Shown: positions 37,746 through 47,493, counted from the stretch's first letter. The stretch: DNA of 64,000 nucleotides from an uncultured archaeon (GCA_964607835.1 CAZSLL010000003.1:3826-67825), one strand, 5' to 3'. Notes: a model not told the origin generated them from the sequence alone. A program made the numbers and translations.

Positions 37746-38111
37746 TTATTCCTTATTTCCCACAAACGCTCGTAGCTTCCTTATGGTCCTGTTGCTCAGG
37801 ACGTGCTCTGCCAGGCATGCATCGTGCAGAGCGGTCTTCTCGTCAACGCCCAGGCTCGTGAAGAACCTTGCCAGGAGCTTGTGCTTCTCGTACGTCTTCC
37901 TGCCTATTGCCCTGCCCCTCTGGCTCAGTGTAACAGGACCGTATCGCTCGTATGTTATGAGCCCCCTGGCCGCGAGCTTCTTCATGGCCCCTGTGACGCT
38001 GGGCATGCTTATTCCCAGGTGGGATGCTATGTCGCTGACCTTCACTGGCCCGCTTCTCTCCAGTATGAACATGGCCTCAAGATAGTCCTCAGCGCTCTGC
38101 GAAAGCTCCAT
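37746..38111 (-). CDS. DtxR/MntR family metal-dependent transcriptional repressor
   Basis: EDYLEAMFILERSGPVKVSDIASHLGISMPSVTGAMKKLAARGLI HTH; completes a repressor-feoA-feoB unit. Confidence 0.75.
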   Translation of the reverse strand: MELSQSAEDYLEAMFILERSGPVKVSDIASHLGISMPSVTGAMKKLAARGLITYERYGPVTLSQRGRAIGRKTYEKHKLLARFFTSLGVDEKTALHDACLAEHVLSNRTIRKLRAFVGNKE

Positions 38112-38201
38112 GCCATCATCCGCCTATTAAAAAGCCTGAGTATATTAGTCCCGCCTAACTTTTATAAAGCTTGCGGTGCAATAATCCACTGGTTGGTTCT
38201 G

Positions 38202-38393
38202 ATGGTAAGAATACCTGGATTCGGAAGGCGCGCAGGCTCTGGTGCGGGAAGGGGAAGGATGGGCGGCTTTTCTGCGGGCCCCGGCGGCCAGTGCGTGTGC
38301 CCCAAATGCGGTAAAAAGGTGGCACATCAGATAGGTACTCCCTGTTACGAGCACAAATGCCCTGAGTGCGGCGCCACCATGACAAGAACCTAG
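38202..38393 (+). CDS. small zinc-ribbon protein with Gly/Arg-rich N-terminus
   Basis: CPKCGKK ... CPECG pairs; internal start of listed ORF 37803..38393. Confidence 0.3.
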   Translation: MVRIPGFGRRAGSGAGRGRMGGFSAGPGGQCVCPKCGKKVAHQIGTPCYEHKCPECGATMTRT

Positions 38394-38423
38394 ATCAATG
38401 CCCATAAAGAACCTGTCAGGAAC

Positions 38424-39107
38424 TCATTCCAGTCTCTTCTGCTTGGCCTGGATGGTAACCTCTCCGGTGTCTGCGTTCATGTTTATCATGTCCCCGTGCT
38501 TTATGAGGCTCGTGGCGTTTCCAGTCCCTATTACAGCAGGGAACCCGTTCTCTCTCGCCAGTATGGCCATGTGGCAGAGTCTCCCTCCCTGGTCAGTGAC
38601 CACACCCCTTGTCCTGAGAAGCCCCTCTGCTATACCTGGCTCGGCGTGCTCAAGAACAGCGATGCTGTCCTCGGGTGCCTTGTGAGCGGGGTTCCTGTCG
38701 TCCACAAGATACGCCGAACCCGATACCATGCCCCCTGATATGGGGGTTCCCCTGACCTCGTGCCCGTTTCCGGGCTTCCTCTCCGCGAAATCCATGTCCT
38801 TCATGTGGGCTATGGCATGGCTGAATGCCCTCGGGAAGCTGATGCCCCGAACCTTCATGAGCAGGAGCAGCTGCACCAATGCCTGGCTGAACGCCACGGT
38901 CTCGGCCTCCTTGGTCTTGCTCTTCCTGTACCTTGTTATGGGGTTGTGCTTCTTGTCGTGGTATATGAATTTGGCGAGCTCCATCTGTCCCATGAAAACC
39001 GCAGCCCTGAAAAGGTCGCTGTGCTGGCTCTCGGGAAGGATGTCCAGCACCTCCTGGATCTCCCTCTCGAGCTCCTTTATTGTGACCCCTGAAAAATTCC
39101 TTTCCAT
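38424..39107 (-). CDS. PEP-utilising enzyme mobile-domain protein
   Basis: C-terminal GGRLCHMAILARENGFPAVIGTGNAT matches the PEP-utilizers phosphohistidine domain. Confidence 0.55.
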   Translation of the reverse strand: MERNFSGVTIKELEREIQEVLDILPESQHSDLFRAAVFMGQMELAKFIYHDKKHNPITRYRKSKTKEAETVAFSQALVQLLLLMKVRGISFPRAFSHAIAHMKDMDFAERKPGNGHEVRGTPISGGMVSGSAYLVDDRNPAHKAPEDSIAVLEHAEPGIAEGLLRTRGVVTDQGGRLCHMAILARENGFPAVIGTGNATSLIKHGDMINMNADTGEVTIQAKQKRLE

Positions 39108-39168
39108 TGGTCAGTTTTGGGAGATAGTATTTTTATATCCAATACAAATCTTCTTAATGAAAGAGGCC

Positions 39169-40194
39169 ATGTTCTGGAAGCCCCTGGATGAAAACGCGGT
39201 TCAGTGCTTCCTGTGCCCACGGGAATGCAGAATCCCGGAGGGAAAGGAGGGCTTCTGCGGGGTGAGGCACAACCAGGCAGGAAGGCTCCAGAGCCTGGTG
39301 TACGGGAAGCTGTGTTCCATGAGCCTTGACCCCATAGAGAAGAAGCCCCTCTACCATTTCGCCCCGGGCTCGAGGTGCCTCTCGGTGTGTACCGTGGGCT
39401 GCAACCTTGACTGCTCGTTCTGCCAAAACTGGGAGATATCCCATCCCAGGCTCATGAGCAGGCCGTCTGAGAGGGGAAGCACGCACATTCCCGGGCAGGA
39501 CGTTCCGCCAGAAGCCATAGTCCAGGCCGCTAAGAGCATGGGTGCAGAGGGCATTGCCTACACCTACACAGAGCCCACCATATTCTTCGAGTACGCTCTT
39601 GACACCATGAAACTTGCCAGGAAGGCCGGGCTCTACAATGCATGGGTCTCAAACGGCTTCACTTCACTGGAGCCTGTCATGGAGGCCTCAAAGTACCTGG
39701 ATGCCATAAACATAGACATAAAGGGAAGCGACAGCTTCTACCAGCGGCTATGCAACGCCCCGAGCGAGAAGGCCGTGAAGGCAGCGGCCAGGCTGTACAG
39801 GGAGCAGGGGGTCTGGGTGGAAACCACCACCCTGGTCATACCGGGCTACAACGACGACGAGAAGACCCTCAGGGGCATTGCCCGCTGGGTAAAGGCCAGG
39901 CTCGGCCCGGAGACGCCCATGCACTTCTCCAGGTTCCACCCTGACTTCAGGCTCAAGAGCATTGGCCCCACGCCTGCCTCCACGCTTGAGAAGGCATACA
40001 GCATAGCAAGGGAAGAGGGCCTGCACTATGTCTACGTGGGCAACGTTCCGGGGCACAGCAGCCTGAGGACAGAGTGCCCAAAATGCAGCAAGGTGCTGGT
40101 GGACAGGGGCTCTATGCCCGCAAGGCTCAGAGACTCCTGCACCTGCGGACACGTTCTAGCCCTGGCTGGCAAGCAGTGGATCAGATTGAAATAG
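39169..40194 (+). CDS. AmmeMemoRadiSam-system radical SAM enzyme (AmrS-like)
   Basis: CFLCPRECRIPEGKEGFCGVR ... DPIEKKPLYHFAPGSRCLSVCTVGCNLDCSFCQNWEIS; CxxxCxxC radical SAM cluster; start at internal ATG of listed ORF 38728..40194. Confidence 0.7.
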   Translation: MFWKPLDENAVQCFLCPRECRIPEGKEGFCGVRHNQAGRLQSLVYGKLCSMSLDPIEKKPLYHFAPGSRCLSVCTVGCNLDCSFCQNWEISHPRLMSRPSERGSTHIPGQDVPPEAIVQAAKSMGAEGIAYTYTEPTIFFEYALDTMKLARKAGLYNAWVSNGFTSLEPVMEASKYLDAINIDIKGSDSFYQRLCNAPSEKAVKAAARLYREQGVWVETTTLVIPGYNDDEKTLRGIARWVKARLGPETPMHFSRFHPDFRLKSIGPTPASTLEKAYSIAREEGLHYVYVGNVPGHSSLRTECPKCSKVLVDRGSMPARLRDSCTCGHVLALAGKQWIRLK

Positions 40195-40221
40195 TTTCCA
40201 TGCAAAATATGAAGCGATGAC

Positions 40222-40608
40222 ATGATGTCAAAAATTCTCAAGGCAGAAAAGGACGAGGAGAACTCCTGCGTCGTGGTCACCACAGAGCTGGGCCAGGACT
40301 GGGTTAGCTGCGCGGAGTGCAGTTTCGGGGAGATGGAGTGCAGCTACCTCAGGAGCAAGTGGGGCATCAACCCCTGCCTCTACAGGAGGGGAGTGAGGCT
40401 CGGGAGGGGGCTGGAGCCTGACCCCAGGGACGTTGTCCGGATTGTCCAGAACAACCTGGCCGTGTACCAGAACATGCTTGAGGACAAGGGCCCCTTCCTG
40501 AAGGCAGAGAGGGATATGCTTCAGGATTTCCTCAGTAACCAGTTCGGGGAGCTGGAGAGGGCAAAGGGAATGCTCTCGGGAAAGAGGCCTCCAAAGGGCA
40601 ATGCTTAA
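40222..40608 (+). CDS. hypothetical Cys-containing protein
   Basis: 128-aa ORF, CAECSFGEMEC; no family assignment. Confidence 0.35.
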   Translation: MMSKILKAEKDEENSCVVVTTELGQDWVSCAECSFGEMECSYLRSKWGINPCLYRRGVRLGRGLEPDPRDVVRIVQNNLAVYQNMLEDKGPFLKAERDMLQDFLSNQFGELERAKGMLSGKRPPKGNA

Positions 40609-40633
40609 ATAGCGCTCAGACAATAGTGAGTCC

Positions 40634-41068
40634 ATGGATGACAAGCTCAGGAAGCAGGAGGAAAAGAGGCTAAAGGAGGGCTGGATAAAGGCCACCATGA
40701 TTATCGAGGTCCTTGCCGTTACTGAGGAGGCTGCGAAGTCTGCCCTTGAGAAGCATGTGGAGAAGATTAGCCAGGAGGAGAAGACCCTCGTCCTGGAGAA
40801 GAGGTTCCACGATTCAGTGGAAGTGGAGAAGCCCTTCAGGAACATAGAGAAGGCCTATTCCATTCTGGCTGACGTGGATTTCATGACCAGGGACCTGGAC
40901 CAGATGGTCAAGATAGTGGTGTCCTACGCGCCCTCGAGCATCGAGATACTCGAGCCCGAGAAGCTCAAATTAGACATGGGAGAGGCCCAGGGCATTCTCA
41001 ACTCCATGGCAGAGCTCATCCACAAGTTTGTCCAGTCAGGGATAGGCGGGGTAATGATTTCCAGCTAG
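40634..41068 (+). CDS. hypothetical protein
   Basis: 144-aa ORF, charged helical N-terminus. Confidence 0.4.
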   Translation: MDDKLRKQEEKRLKEGWIKATMIIEVLAVTEEAAKSALEKHVEKISQEEKTLVLEKRFHDSVEVEKPFRNIEKAYSILADVDFMTRDLDQMVKIVVSYAPSSIEILEPEKLKLDMGEAQGILNSMAELIHKFVQSGIGGVMISS

Positions 41069-41149
41069 TCTCCCATGCCAGGTCCATGTCCGGGGTCACC
41101 CTGTGCTCGGTTCCCTCATCATCGGACAGTTTAAGAAAATATTTCATGT

Positions 41150-41812
41150 TCACACCAGTATCCTCACGTCAGCCGCCCACACATTCTTTGAGTCCGCGAA
41201 AAGTGGGTTTATGTCAAGCTCCTGGATTTTCTTGCCTTTGCCCGTATTCTCCCAGACCATTTTCGAGACCTTCATGAGGGTGAGCTCGAGCAGCCTGGTG
41301 TTCACGGGCTCCTCGCCCCTCACGCCCTCCAGGACACTGTAGCCCTTTATCTCCCTGACCATGCTGCTGGCGTCCCTCCTCTCCAGGGGCGCGAGCCTGA
41401 AGGACACGTCCTTGAGTACCTCCACGAATATGCCCCCCAGGCCAAACATTATGACAGGCCCGAACTGGGGGTCCTGCTTGGCCCCTATTATGACCTCCTT
41501 CGCGCCCTCCGGAACCATCCTCGACAGGGTCACTCCCTCGATCATGGCCTTTGGCTTGTGCTTCTTCGCGTTCCTCAGTATCTGCCCGTAGGCCTTCCTG
41601 GCAGAATCAGCGCTCTCCACGTTCAGGATCACGGCCTTTGCATCTGTCTTGTGCACAATATCAGGGCTTGAAACCTTCATTGCCAGGGGAAAGCCCAGCT
41701 TCTTGGCTGCCCTCGCTGCGGACTCCTCGCTCTTCGCCAGCCCGGTCCTTGGCGCAGGAATCCTGTACTTGTCAAGAAGCCGCTTCGTCTCCCTGTCAGA
41801 GAGCTTTTCCAT
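41150..41812 (-). CDS. ATP-grasp domain protein (ADP-forming acetyl-CoA synthetase beta-subunit-like)
   Basis: LGFPLAMKVSSPDIVHKTDAKAV ... QFGPVIMFGLGGIFVEVLKDVSFRLAP ... LDINPL. Confidence 0.55.
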   Translation of the reverse strand: MEKLSDRETKRLLDKYRIPAPRTGLAKSEESAARAAKKLGFPLAMKVSSPDIVHKTDAKAVILNVESADSARKAYGQILRNAKKHKPKAMIEGVTLSRMVPEGAKEVIIGAKQDPQFGPVIMFGLGGIFVEVLKDVSFRLAPLERRDASSMVREIKGYSVLEGVRGEEPVNTRLLELTLMKVSKMVWENTGKGKKIQELDINPLFADSKNVWAADVRILV

Positions 41813-41858
41813 GGCTTATTTTTATCCCGCTGCGTTATATTATTTATCCGGAGGATAC

Positions 41859-42605
41859 ATGCCCAACCTCGAGGAGCACCCCCTGACCTGGGGATTGATA
41901 ATAATCAACGTCCTGGTATTCATAGTAATGTTCAGCCTCCCGAATCTGGAGGCAGCCTTCGGGCTCCTGTCCTTCTCGTGGGCCACCAAGCTCGAGGTCT
42001 GGAGATGGGTGACCAGCCTGTTCGTCCACGTCTCTGCATCCCACCTGTTCTTCAACATGCTGGGCCTGTTCTTCTTTGGCAAGGTTCTGGAGAAGGAAGT
42101 GAGCAGGGAATGGTTCCTCTCCATATACTTCGTGAGCGGCTTCCTGGGAAGCTTTGTTTACATGTTCACGAGCATGGACCCGGTGGTGGGGGCCTCGGGC
42201 TGCGTGTTCGGGGTCATGGGCGCTGCCATGCTCCTGAACCCCATAAAGAGGATACACATTTACCTCTTCCCACTTCCCCTTGGTGTGGTGGCCATCGCCT
42301 TCGTGATTTTCGAGACCCTTGCCGTGTACTACCAGCCTGACCTTGTGGCAGAGACCAGCAATGTGGCCCACATCGCCCACCTCGGCGGCGTCATGACCGG
42401 GGCCATGTTCTCATTCTTCAACAACGTGAAACGCTCCCTCAAGGGCGTGCTCGTCCTTGGCATCTCCGTAGTGCTGCTCATCGTGCTTAGCCCTGTCTTT
42501 GCCCTCATCGCAGGCCTGGCCTCCATAGTGCTCGGCATCCTTGACGCCCTGGTGGGCTTCGTTCTCTACACCCTCGCGGGCCTGCTCTCCAGAATATGGG
42601 GCTAG
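41859..42605 (+). CDS. rhomboid family intramembrane serine protease
   Basis: HLFFNMLGLFFFG, catalytic GASGCVFGVMGA and AHIAHLGGVMTG His helix; start at internal ATG of listed ORF 41649..42605. Confidence 0.7.
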   Translation: MPNLEEHPLTWGLIIINVLVFIVMFSLPNLEAAFGLLSFSWATKLEVWRWVTSLFVHVSASHLFFNMLGLFFFGKVLEKEVSREWFLSIYFVSGFLGSFVYMFTSMDPVVGASGCVFGVMGAAMLLNPIKRIHIYLFPLPLGVVAIAFVIFETLAVYYQPDLVAETSNVAHIAHLGGVMTGAMFSFFNNVKRSLKGVLVLGISVVLLIVLSPVFALIAGLASIVLGILDALVGFVLYTLAGLLSRIWG

Positions 42606-42931
42606 GGGGGGGGATGAGAGGGTTGCATACATGACCGCTTTCGGTCCCAGGTACTGGATGCCCATACTCGAGGGCATGGCCAACGTGGAAGTAATAGAAA
42701 TAGGAAGGCCCAGAGAGGACCGGAAACACTTTTAGCCCATTCTGATATCAGGAGGGAGTGCTGCGGAACTCCAACACTATCCGGTGCTTTCAGCACCGGC
42801 AGACACTCCAGGGCGACATGCGCCCTCGAACAGACAGCTTCACTGCCATTAACTGTTAAAGTGCCCTATGCGGAGCCCCGCAGCTACCTGATACTTCCTC
42901 CCTGCTCATTCGCCGGGAGGCTGGTGGCAAA
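42606..42931 (-). ncRNA. candidate RNase P RNA (tentative) or other structured RNA
   Basis: Minus-strand GGGAGGAAGU ... CGGGGCUCCGCAUAGGGCA resembles conserved RNase P RNA P2/P4 region GGAGGAAAGUCCGGGCUCCAUAGGGCA; perfect hairpin CCGGTGC-TTTCA-GCACCGG; long-range pairing between 42745..42768 and 42880..42912; 326-nt convergent gap. Confidence 0.35.
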
Positions 42932-44338
42932 TCAGGCCCGGGTCACCATGGGTATCCCGAGCTCCTGGGAGAAGTCCTTTCTCTCCTCCTGCTTTGCCAC
43001 CGGGCCGAGTATGTAGGGCGACTTCACACCGGTTATTATGGTTATCACCCGCAGCTTGCCCTTCCAGTCGTTGTTTATCCTCGCTCCCCAGATTACCTGG
43101 GCGTCGGGGTCCAGCTGCTTTGACACATACTCCCCTATCATGTTCACCTCGTCCAGCTTGAGGTCTGTTCCTCCTGTTATGTGGACGAGCGCTCCTGTTC
43201 CGCCATCGTAGTTGACCTCCAGTAGTGGGTTGGTCATGGCCTTGGTTACCGCTTCCTCGGCCCTGTTCTTGGTGTCAGACTCGCCGAATCCCACCGCAGC
43301 AACGCCGCCGCTGTGCATGATGGTCTTTACATCGGCATAGTCCAGGTTCACGAGGCTTGGCACGGCAATGGTCTCTGTGACGCCCTTTATTATGGTTGAT
43401 ATTAGGTTGTCAGCCACTCCGAATGCCTGGTCCAGGGGAAGGTCGCCCGCCACCTTGAGAAGCCTGTCGTTCTCAATCACGATGACAGTGTCGCAAACCT
43501 GCCTGAGCTGGTAAAGGCCGTCCTCTGCCTTGCTTATCCTCGCGCCCTCTATCTTGAAGGGCATGGTGCAGCACCCGATAACGATGCAGCCAAGCTCCTT
43601 GGCAATCCTCGCTATCTCAGGGGCCGCTCCTGTCCCTGTTCCTCCGCCAAGCCCTGTCACCAGGTATATCATGTCCGTGTCAGAGAGGGCCTTCTTAATG
43701 TCTTTCTCAGACTCCTCTGCCGCCCTCTTTCCCACGTCCGGGTATCCGCCTGCTCCCAGGCCCCTGGTGAGCTCCTTCCCTATGAGCATCTTGCTGTGGG
43801 CCTTGGATATTGACAGGTGCTTGACGTCTGTGTTCACCGCCAGTGTGGAGGCTCCCTTGATTCCCATCTCAGTGAGCCTGCTTATGCAGTTGTTTCCTCC
43901 GCCTCCTGCTCCTATGATGGTTATCTTTGCCTCCTTCACGCTGAGCCCGAACTCGTCCTCCAGGCTCTTTGTCTGCTCCTCTCCAGTGAAGTTCGCGTAC
44001 ACCGGGGCATCGCTCTGCGCCTGCTGGGGCTGCTGTGCTGGCTGCCCGTATCCCTGGCCCTGCTGAGCCGGGGGCGTGAACTGCGCCAGTCCCTGGGCAG
44101 GCGTGTGCTGCGGCTCCTGCGCCGGCGGTGGCTGCGCCTCGTGTGCCGGTTCCTGTGGTTGCTGCTGGAAAGGGTCTCCTCTTTCAGGCTCCGGTGTGGG
44201 CATCTGGTATGGCATGCCCTGTGGAGGGCCCTGCGGCTCAGGCTCCTGTGCCTGCTGCGAACCCTGATACTCAGGGCTCTCAGCCTCCTTCTTTTCCCTG
44301 AAAGACCTTTCAAAAACTTCTTGCACCAATGACTCCAT
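42932..44338 (-). CDS. ftsZ: cell division protein FtsZ with about 130-aa Pro/Gln-rich N-terminal extension
   Basis: IIGAGGGGNNCISRL ... GLGAGGYPDVG ... GGGTGTGAAPEIARIAKELG tubulin/FtsZ signatures. Confidence 0.85.
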   Translation of the reverse strand: MESLVQEVFERSFREKKEAESPEYQGSQQAQEPEPQGPPQGMPYQMPTPEPERGDPFQQQPQEPAHEAQPPPAQEPQHTPAQGLAQFTPPAQQGQGYGQPAQQPQQAQSDAPVYANFTGEEQTKSLEDEFGLSVKEAKITIIGAGGGGNNCISRLTEMGIKGASTLAVNTDVKHLSISKAHSKMLIGKELTRGLGAGGYPDVGKRAAEESEKDIKKALSDTDMIYLVTGLGGGTGTGAAPEIARIAKELGCIVIGCCTMPFKIEGARISKAEDGLYQLRQVCDTVIVIENDRLLKVAGDLPLDQAFGVADNLISTIIKGVTETIAVPSLVNLDYADVKTIMHSGGVAAVGFGESDTKNRAEEAVTKAMTNPLLEVNYDGGTGALVHITGGTDLKLDEVNMIGEYVSKQLDPDAQVIWGARINNDWKGKLRVITIITGVKSPYILGPVAKQEERKDFSQELGIPMVTRA

Positions 44339-44628
44339 TTCTCTCCCTCCTGTTTTTAATCGCTTCCCTAAACGTTTTATCCAAACCTATGTTTTGGAAA
44401 GGCAGTTTTCGGGAACCGAAATCATTTTTAAATACCTTTTCCTAGTTTCATCAACATTCTTCAGAATAAGACAGAATCCCCAAATTCACCTGGCAGAAAC
44501 TCAATTCCCCAATTGAGTTGTGCGCCACTGCTTCTGATTCCCCCGAATCAGAGTTAACTGATACACTTGGTTCCCCAACCAAGCGATATTATATTCAATT
44601 CCTGATTTATAAAAGAATACGTAGCCGC

Positions 44629-45261
44629 TCAGTAGGTTTCCTCGATTCTCCCGCCCAGCCTCTTTGCCCGCTTCCCGGCAGCGTACGCATCGTGTTCAGA
44701 GTAAAGCCAGCGGTGAAATTCCTTCACTGTCCGGATGCCCTTCCTGGCCTTCCTTAAGCCATCAAGGCTCTTTCTCTCCCTGGTCCGCTTGAGCTCCAGC
44801 AGCTCTTTGTCCATTCCGGTATCAGGAGCCTCCTCAAAACCCAGCACTATGCCCGGGGAGGGCTTCAGGCCGAACACCCACTCAAATGCCTCCCTTGTCC
44901 GCTCCATGTGGAATTCCGAGGTCATGACCAGCATGCTCTCCAAGCCCAGGGGCTCAGCATGCAGGACACGGCAGAACCAGGCATTGCCAATGGTGTCTTT
45001 TGAGGCCTCCTCCGTTAGAATCCTCTCCGGCCTGATGCCCTTTCTGATGAGATACTCCGCTCCCGCACTGGACTCTGGGATGGGGAACCCCATGCTGTCA
45101 AGAACAGGGGGCTTGTTTGGCGTGACCCCGCTCAGGCAAATGAGGATTTCCCCTCCCTTCTGGACCTCCAGAGCATGGTCGAACCTCGCCATTGCCCATG
45201 GGCTGAGCTTGCCCCTGCTGTCAATCCCTCCCCCTGGAATGGCTATGGCCTGCCATTGCAT
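44629..45261 (-). CDS. DUF218 (YdcF/ElyC-like) domain protein
   Basis: ILICLSGV ... SSAGAEYLIRKGIRPERILTEEASKDTIGNAWFCRV ... VMTSEFHMERT pattern; start at internal Met. Confidence 0.5.
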   Translation of the reverse strand: MQWQAIAIPGGGIDSRGKLSPWAMARFDHALEVQKGGEILICLSGVTPNKPPVLDSMGFPIPESSAGAEYLIRKGIRPERILTEEASKDTIGNAWFCRVLHAEPLGLESMLVMTSEFHMERTREAFEWVFGLKPSPGIVLGFEEAPDTGMDKELLELKRTRERKSLDGLRKARKGIRTVKEFHRWLYSEHDAYAAGKRAKRLGGRIEETY

Positions 45262-45293
45262 GATATATAATTCCCCTAAGCGAAGAAATATGC

Positions 45294-45971
45294 ATGCCCT
45301 CAATCCCCGAGTGCACGGTCGAGCAGATGCGCCAGGTTGATGAACTTATGGAGGGGGAGTTCTCTGTCTCCCCGCTCCAGCTCATGGAGCTTGCCGGCTT
45401 TGTCACGGCAAGGGCTGCAATGGACCTTTTCAGGCCGTCCCGGGTACTGGTCCTGGCGGGCAAGGGCAACAACGGCGGGGACGGTATGGCTGCGGCCAGG
45501 CACCTCCACTGCATGGGGGTTCGGGTGCAGGTAAGGCTGGCGGGAGACGTGCACAGGGAGCTCCCTGCCCTCCAGCTGGAGGCCTTGAACAAGCTTAAAA
45601 TCCAAGTGGAGGACAAGCCCCTATTCCAGCCCGACTTAATTATAGACGCCCTGCTGGGGTACGGCGCCGAGGGCGAGCCCGGGGGAGGCGCGGCCCTGCT
45701 CATCCATGACGCCAGGAGGCTGTGCGTGCCTGTCCTCTCCGTTGACGTGCCTTCCGGGCTGGACGTGTCCGCGGGGAAATGGTTCGAGCCATGCTTCCGG
45801 GAAGCCACGGTGCTTACCCTGGGGCTCCCCAAGAAAGGCATGAAAAAAGACAGTGGGATAAAGCGCCTTCTTGTGGGAGACATAGGAATCCCGCCTGAGT
45901 GCTACCAGCGCATCGGCATCAATGCCCATCACATGTTCAGAAAAGGGTGCTATGAAGAAATAAAGGGCTGA
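45294..45971 (+). CDS. NAD(P)H-hydrate epimerase (YjeF N-terminal domain)
   Basis: LMELAGFVTARAA ... RVLVLAGKGNNGGDGMAAARHL. Confidence 0.7.
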   Translation: MPSIPECTVEQMRQVDELMEGEFSVSPLQLMELAGFVTARAAMDLFRPSRVLVLAGKGNNGGDGMAAARHLHCMGVRVQVRLAGDVHRELPALQLEALNKLKIQVEDKPLFQPDLIIDALLGYGAEGEPGGGAALLIHDARRLCVPVLSVDVPSGLDVSAGKWFEPCFREATVLTLGLPKKGMKKDSGIKRLLVGDIGIPPECYQRIGINAHHMFRKGCYEEIKG

Positions 45972-45993
45972 GCGTGAAATGCCGTTAAGGCCT

Positions 45994-47493
45994 TCAGCAG
46001 CAAAGCGCGAATAGCCATGCAGGCATGAAGAGCACATCTGATTCCAGCTTTAAAGTCTTCTCGGTTATCATGATACTGAGCTCAATCCCTTGTTTCCTCA
46101 TGAAGCTTATGAGTGCTGATTTGTCGTGACTCCCTGAAGCATCGTGTTTGACCTCTATTGGTAGCACATATTTGCCGTAATTGATTATTATATCGATTTC
46201 CCCCTCCTTGGTCTCTGTGTAACCAACATCTACTTTATCGTGATCAGAAAGGAAGAACTGAAGCCTCTGGGCATGGTTGAATATACAGGTCTCCAGCACC
46301 TTTCCCATCTCAGTCCGATTGTTGAGAAGGGTCTCGTTCAGTGAGCTCACGATGGCGTTTCTCAGTCCGATGTCATTGATATGTATCTTGTAGTCCTTTC
46401 TCATACTCTTCATTCCGCTCACTGAGAAGAACCTCGAAAGCGAAATAAGATATGCCTTCTCCAGGTAACCGATGTACTCTGTGACAGTCACCTTGTCTAT
46501 GCCCAGGTTCTGGGACAGGCTTGAATAGTTCATGTTCTTTGACGTGACATCAGACAGCAGGTACAGAATCTTCTCTATATACTGGGTGTTCCTTATCTTA
46601 TATCTCTTTACGAGGTCGAGTATTGTCATTTCCATTTTATCCTTCAGCATCCTGGACGCCTGGGAATACGTGGAGATTCTCAGCAATCCTGGATAGCCCC
46701 CACGAATGAGATACTCGCTGAATCTTATCTTTAACTCTTCCTCTATCAGAGATGTCCTGGTCATGTTTTCCATGATGTCTTTGTACAGTTGCTTGGCATC
46801 CCCTGACTCGATGGACCTTCTCATACTGTTCCTCAGGTCAATGCTTATGTTCAATATCTCTGGTCTGTGATTCCTCATATAGAAGCAGGCGAAATCAGAG
46901 AATTTCATTGTAGATATCACTCTTTTGCTCATTCTTCCTTGCAGGGGATTACTGGCTTCATATATCTCGGTGCTTGAGGAGCCTGAAACAAAAAACTTTA
47001 TTCTGTATTTCTTGTCATAGAGCGACTTCATGGCATGGGACCAGCCCTTCATATGCTGTATCTCGTCGAGGAAGATGTATACAGTATCTGACATCTTCGC
47101 CAGCGGCTCTTTCAATACGTATCTTGTGTAGACTTCTATGCAGTCATTGATGATATCGTCTGTTACGTTTTTCAGTGACGTGTCATCAAGCTCTACGTAT
47201 AATATCCTCTTAGGCTCCACGCCCCTGCCTATGATCTCGTCAATTAACTGGAACATTATTGATGTCTTTCCGACCTGCCTCGGCCCGGTAATTAGTGTTA
47301 TGTGTTTGCTGCCAATCTCACCTCTCAGTGCAAAGAAATCCCTTCTCCTGTAAGGCTCTATCATCTCTTCAGGAACCTTCCCGCTTGTCCAGTGTCTGTT
47401 GAACGTGACGCTTAGGAGGCTCAACAGTTTCTGCTCATCCAGCTTTGGCTTCGCTATTGAAGGGCCCTTTTCTTTGGTCATGTAGTATATCAT
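45994..47493 (-). CDS. AAA-family ATPase with C-terminal DUF4143 (AAA_14/DUF4143 family)
   Basis: Walker A ITGPRQVGKTSIMFQL, Walker B IFLDEIQ, C-terminal GEIDIIINYGKYVLPIEVK nuclease-like fold; gene sits in a markedly AT-rich segment. Confidence 0.65.
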   Translation of the reverse strand: MIYYMTKEKGPSIAKPKLDEQKLLSLLSVTFNRHWTSGKVPEEMIEPYRRRDFFALRGEIGSKHITLITGPRQVGKTSIMFQLIDEIIGRGVEPKRILYVELDDTSLKNVTDDIINDCIEVYTRYVLKEPLAKMSDTVYIFLDEIQHMKGWSHAMKSLYDKKYRIKFFVSGSSSTEIYEASNPLQGRMSKRVISTMKFSDFACFYMRNHRPEILNISIDLRNSMRRSIESGDAKQLYKDIMENMTRTSLIEEELKIRFSEYLIRGGYPGLLRISTYSQASRMLKDKMEMTILDLVKRYKIRNTQYIEKILYLLSDVTSKNMNYSSLSQNLGIDKVTVTEYIGYLEKAYLISLSRFFSVSGMKSMRKDYKIHINDIGLRNAIVSSLNETLLNNRTEMGKVLETCIFNHAQRLQFFLSDHDKVDVGYTETKEGEIDIIINYGKYVLPIEVKHDASGSHDKSALISFMRKQGIELSIMITEKTLKLESDVLFMPAWLFALCC

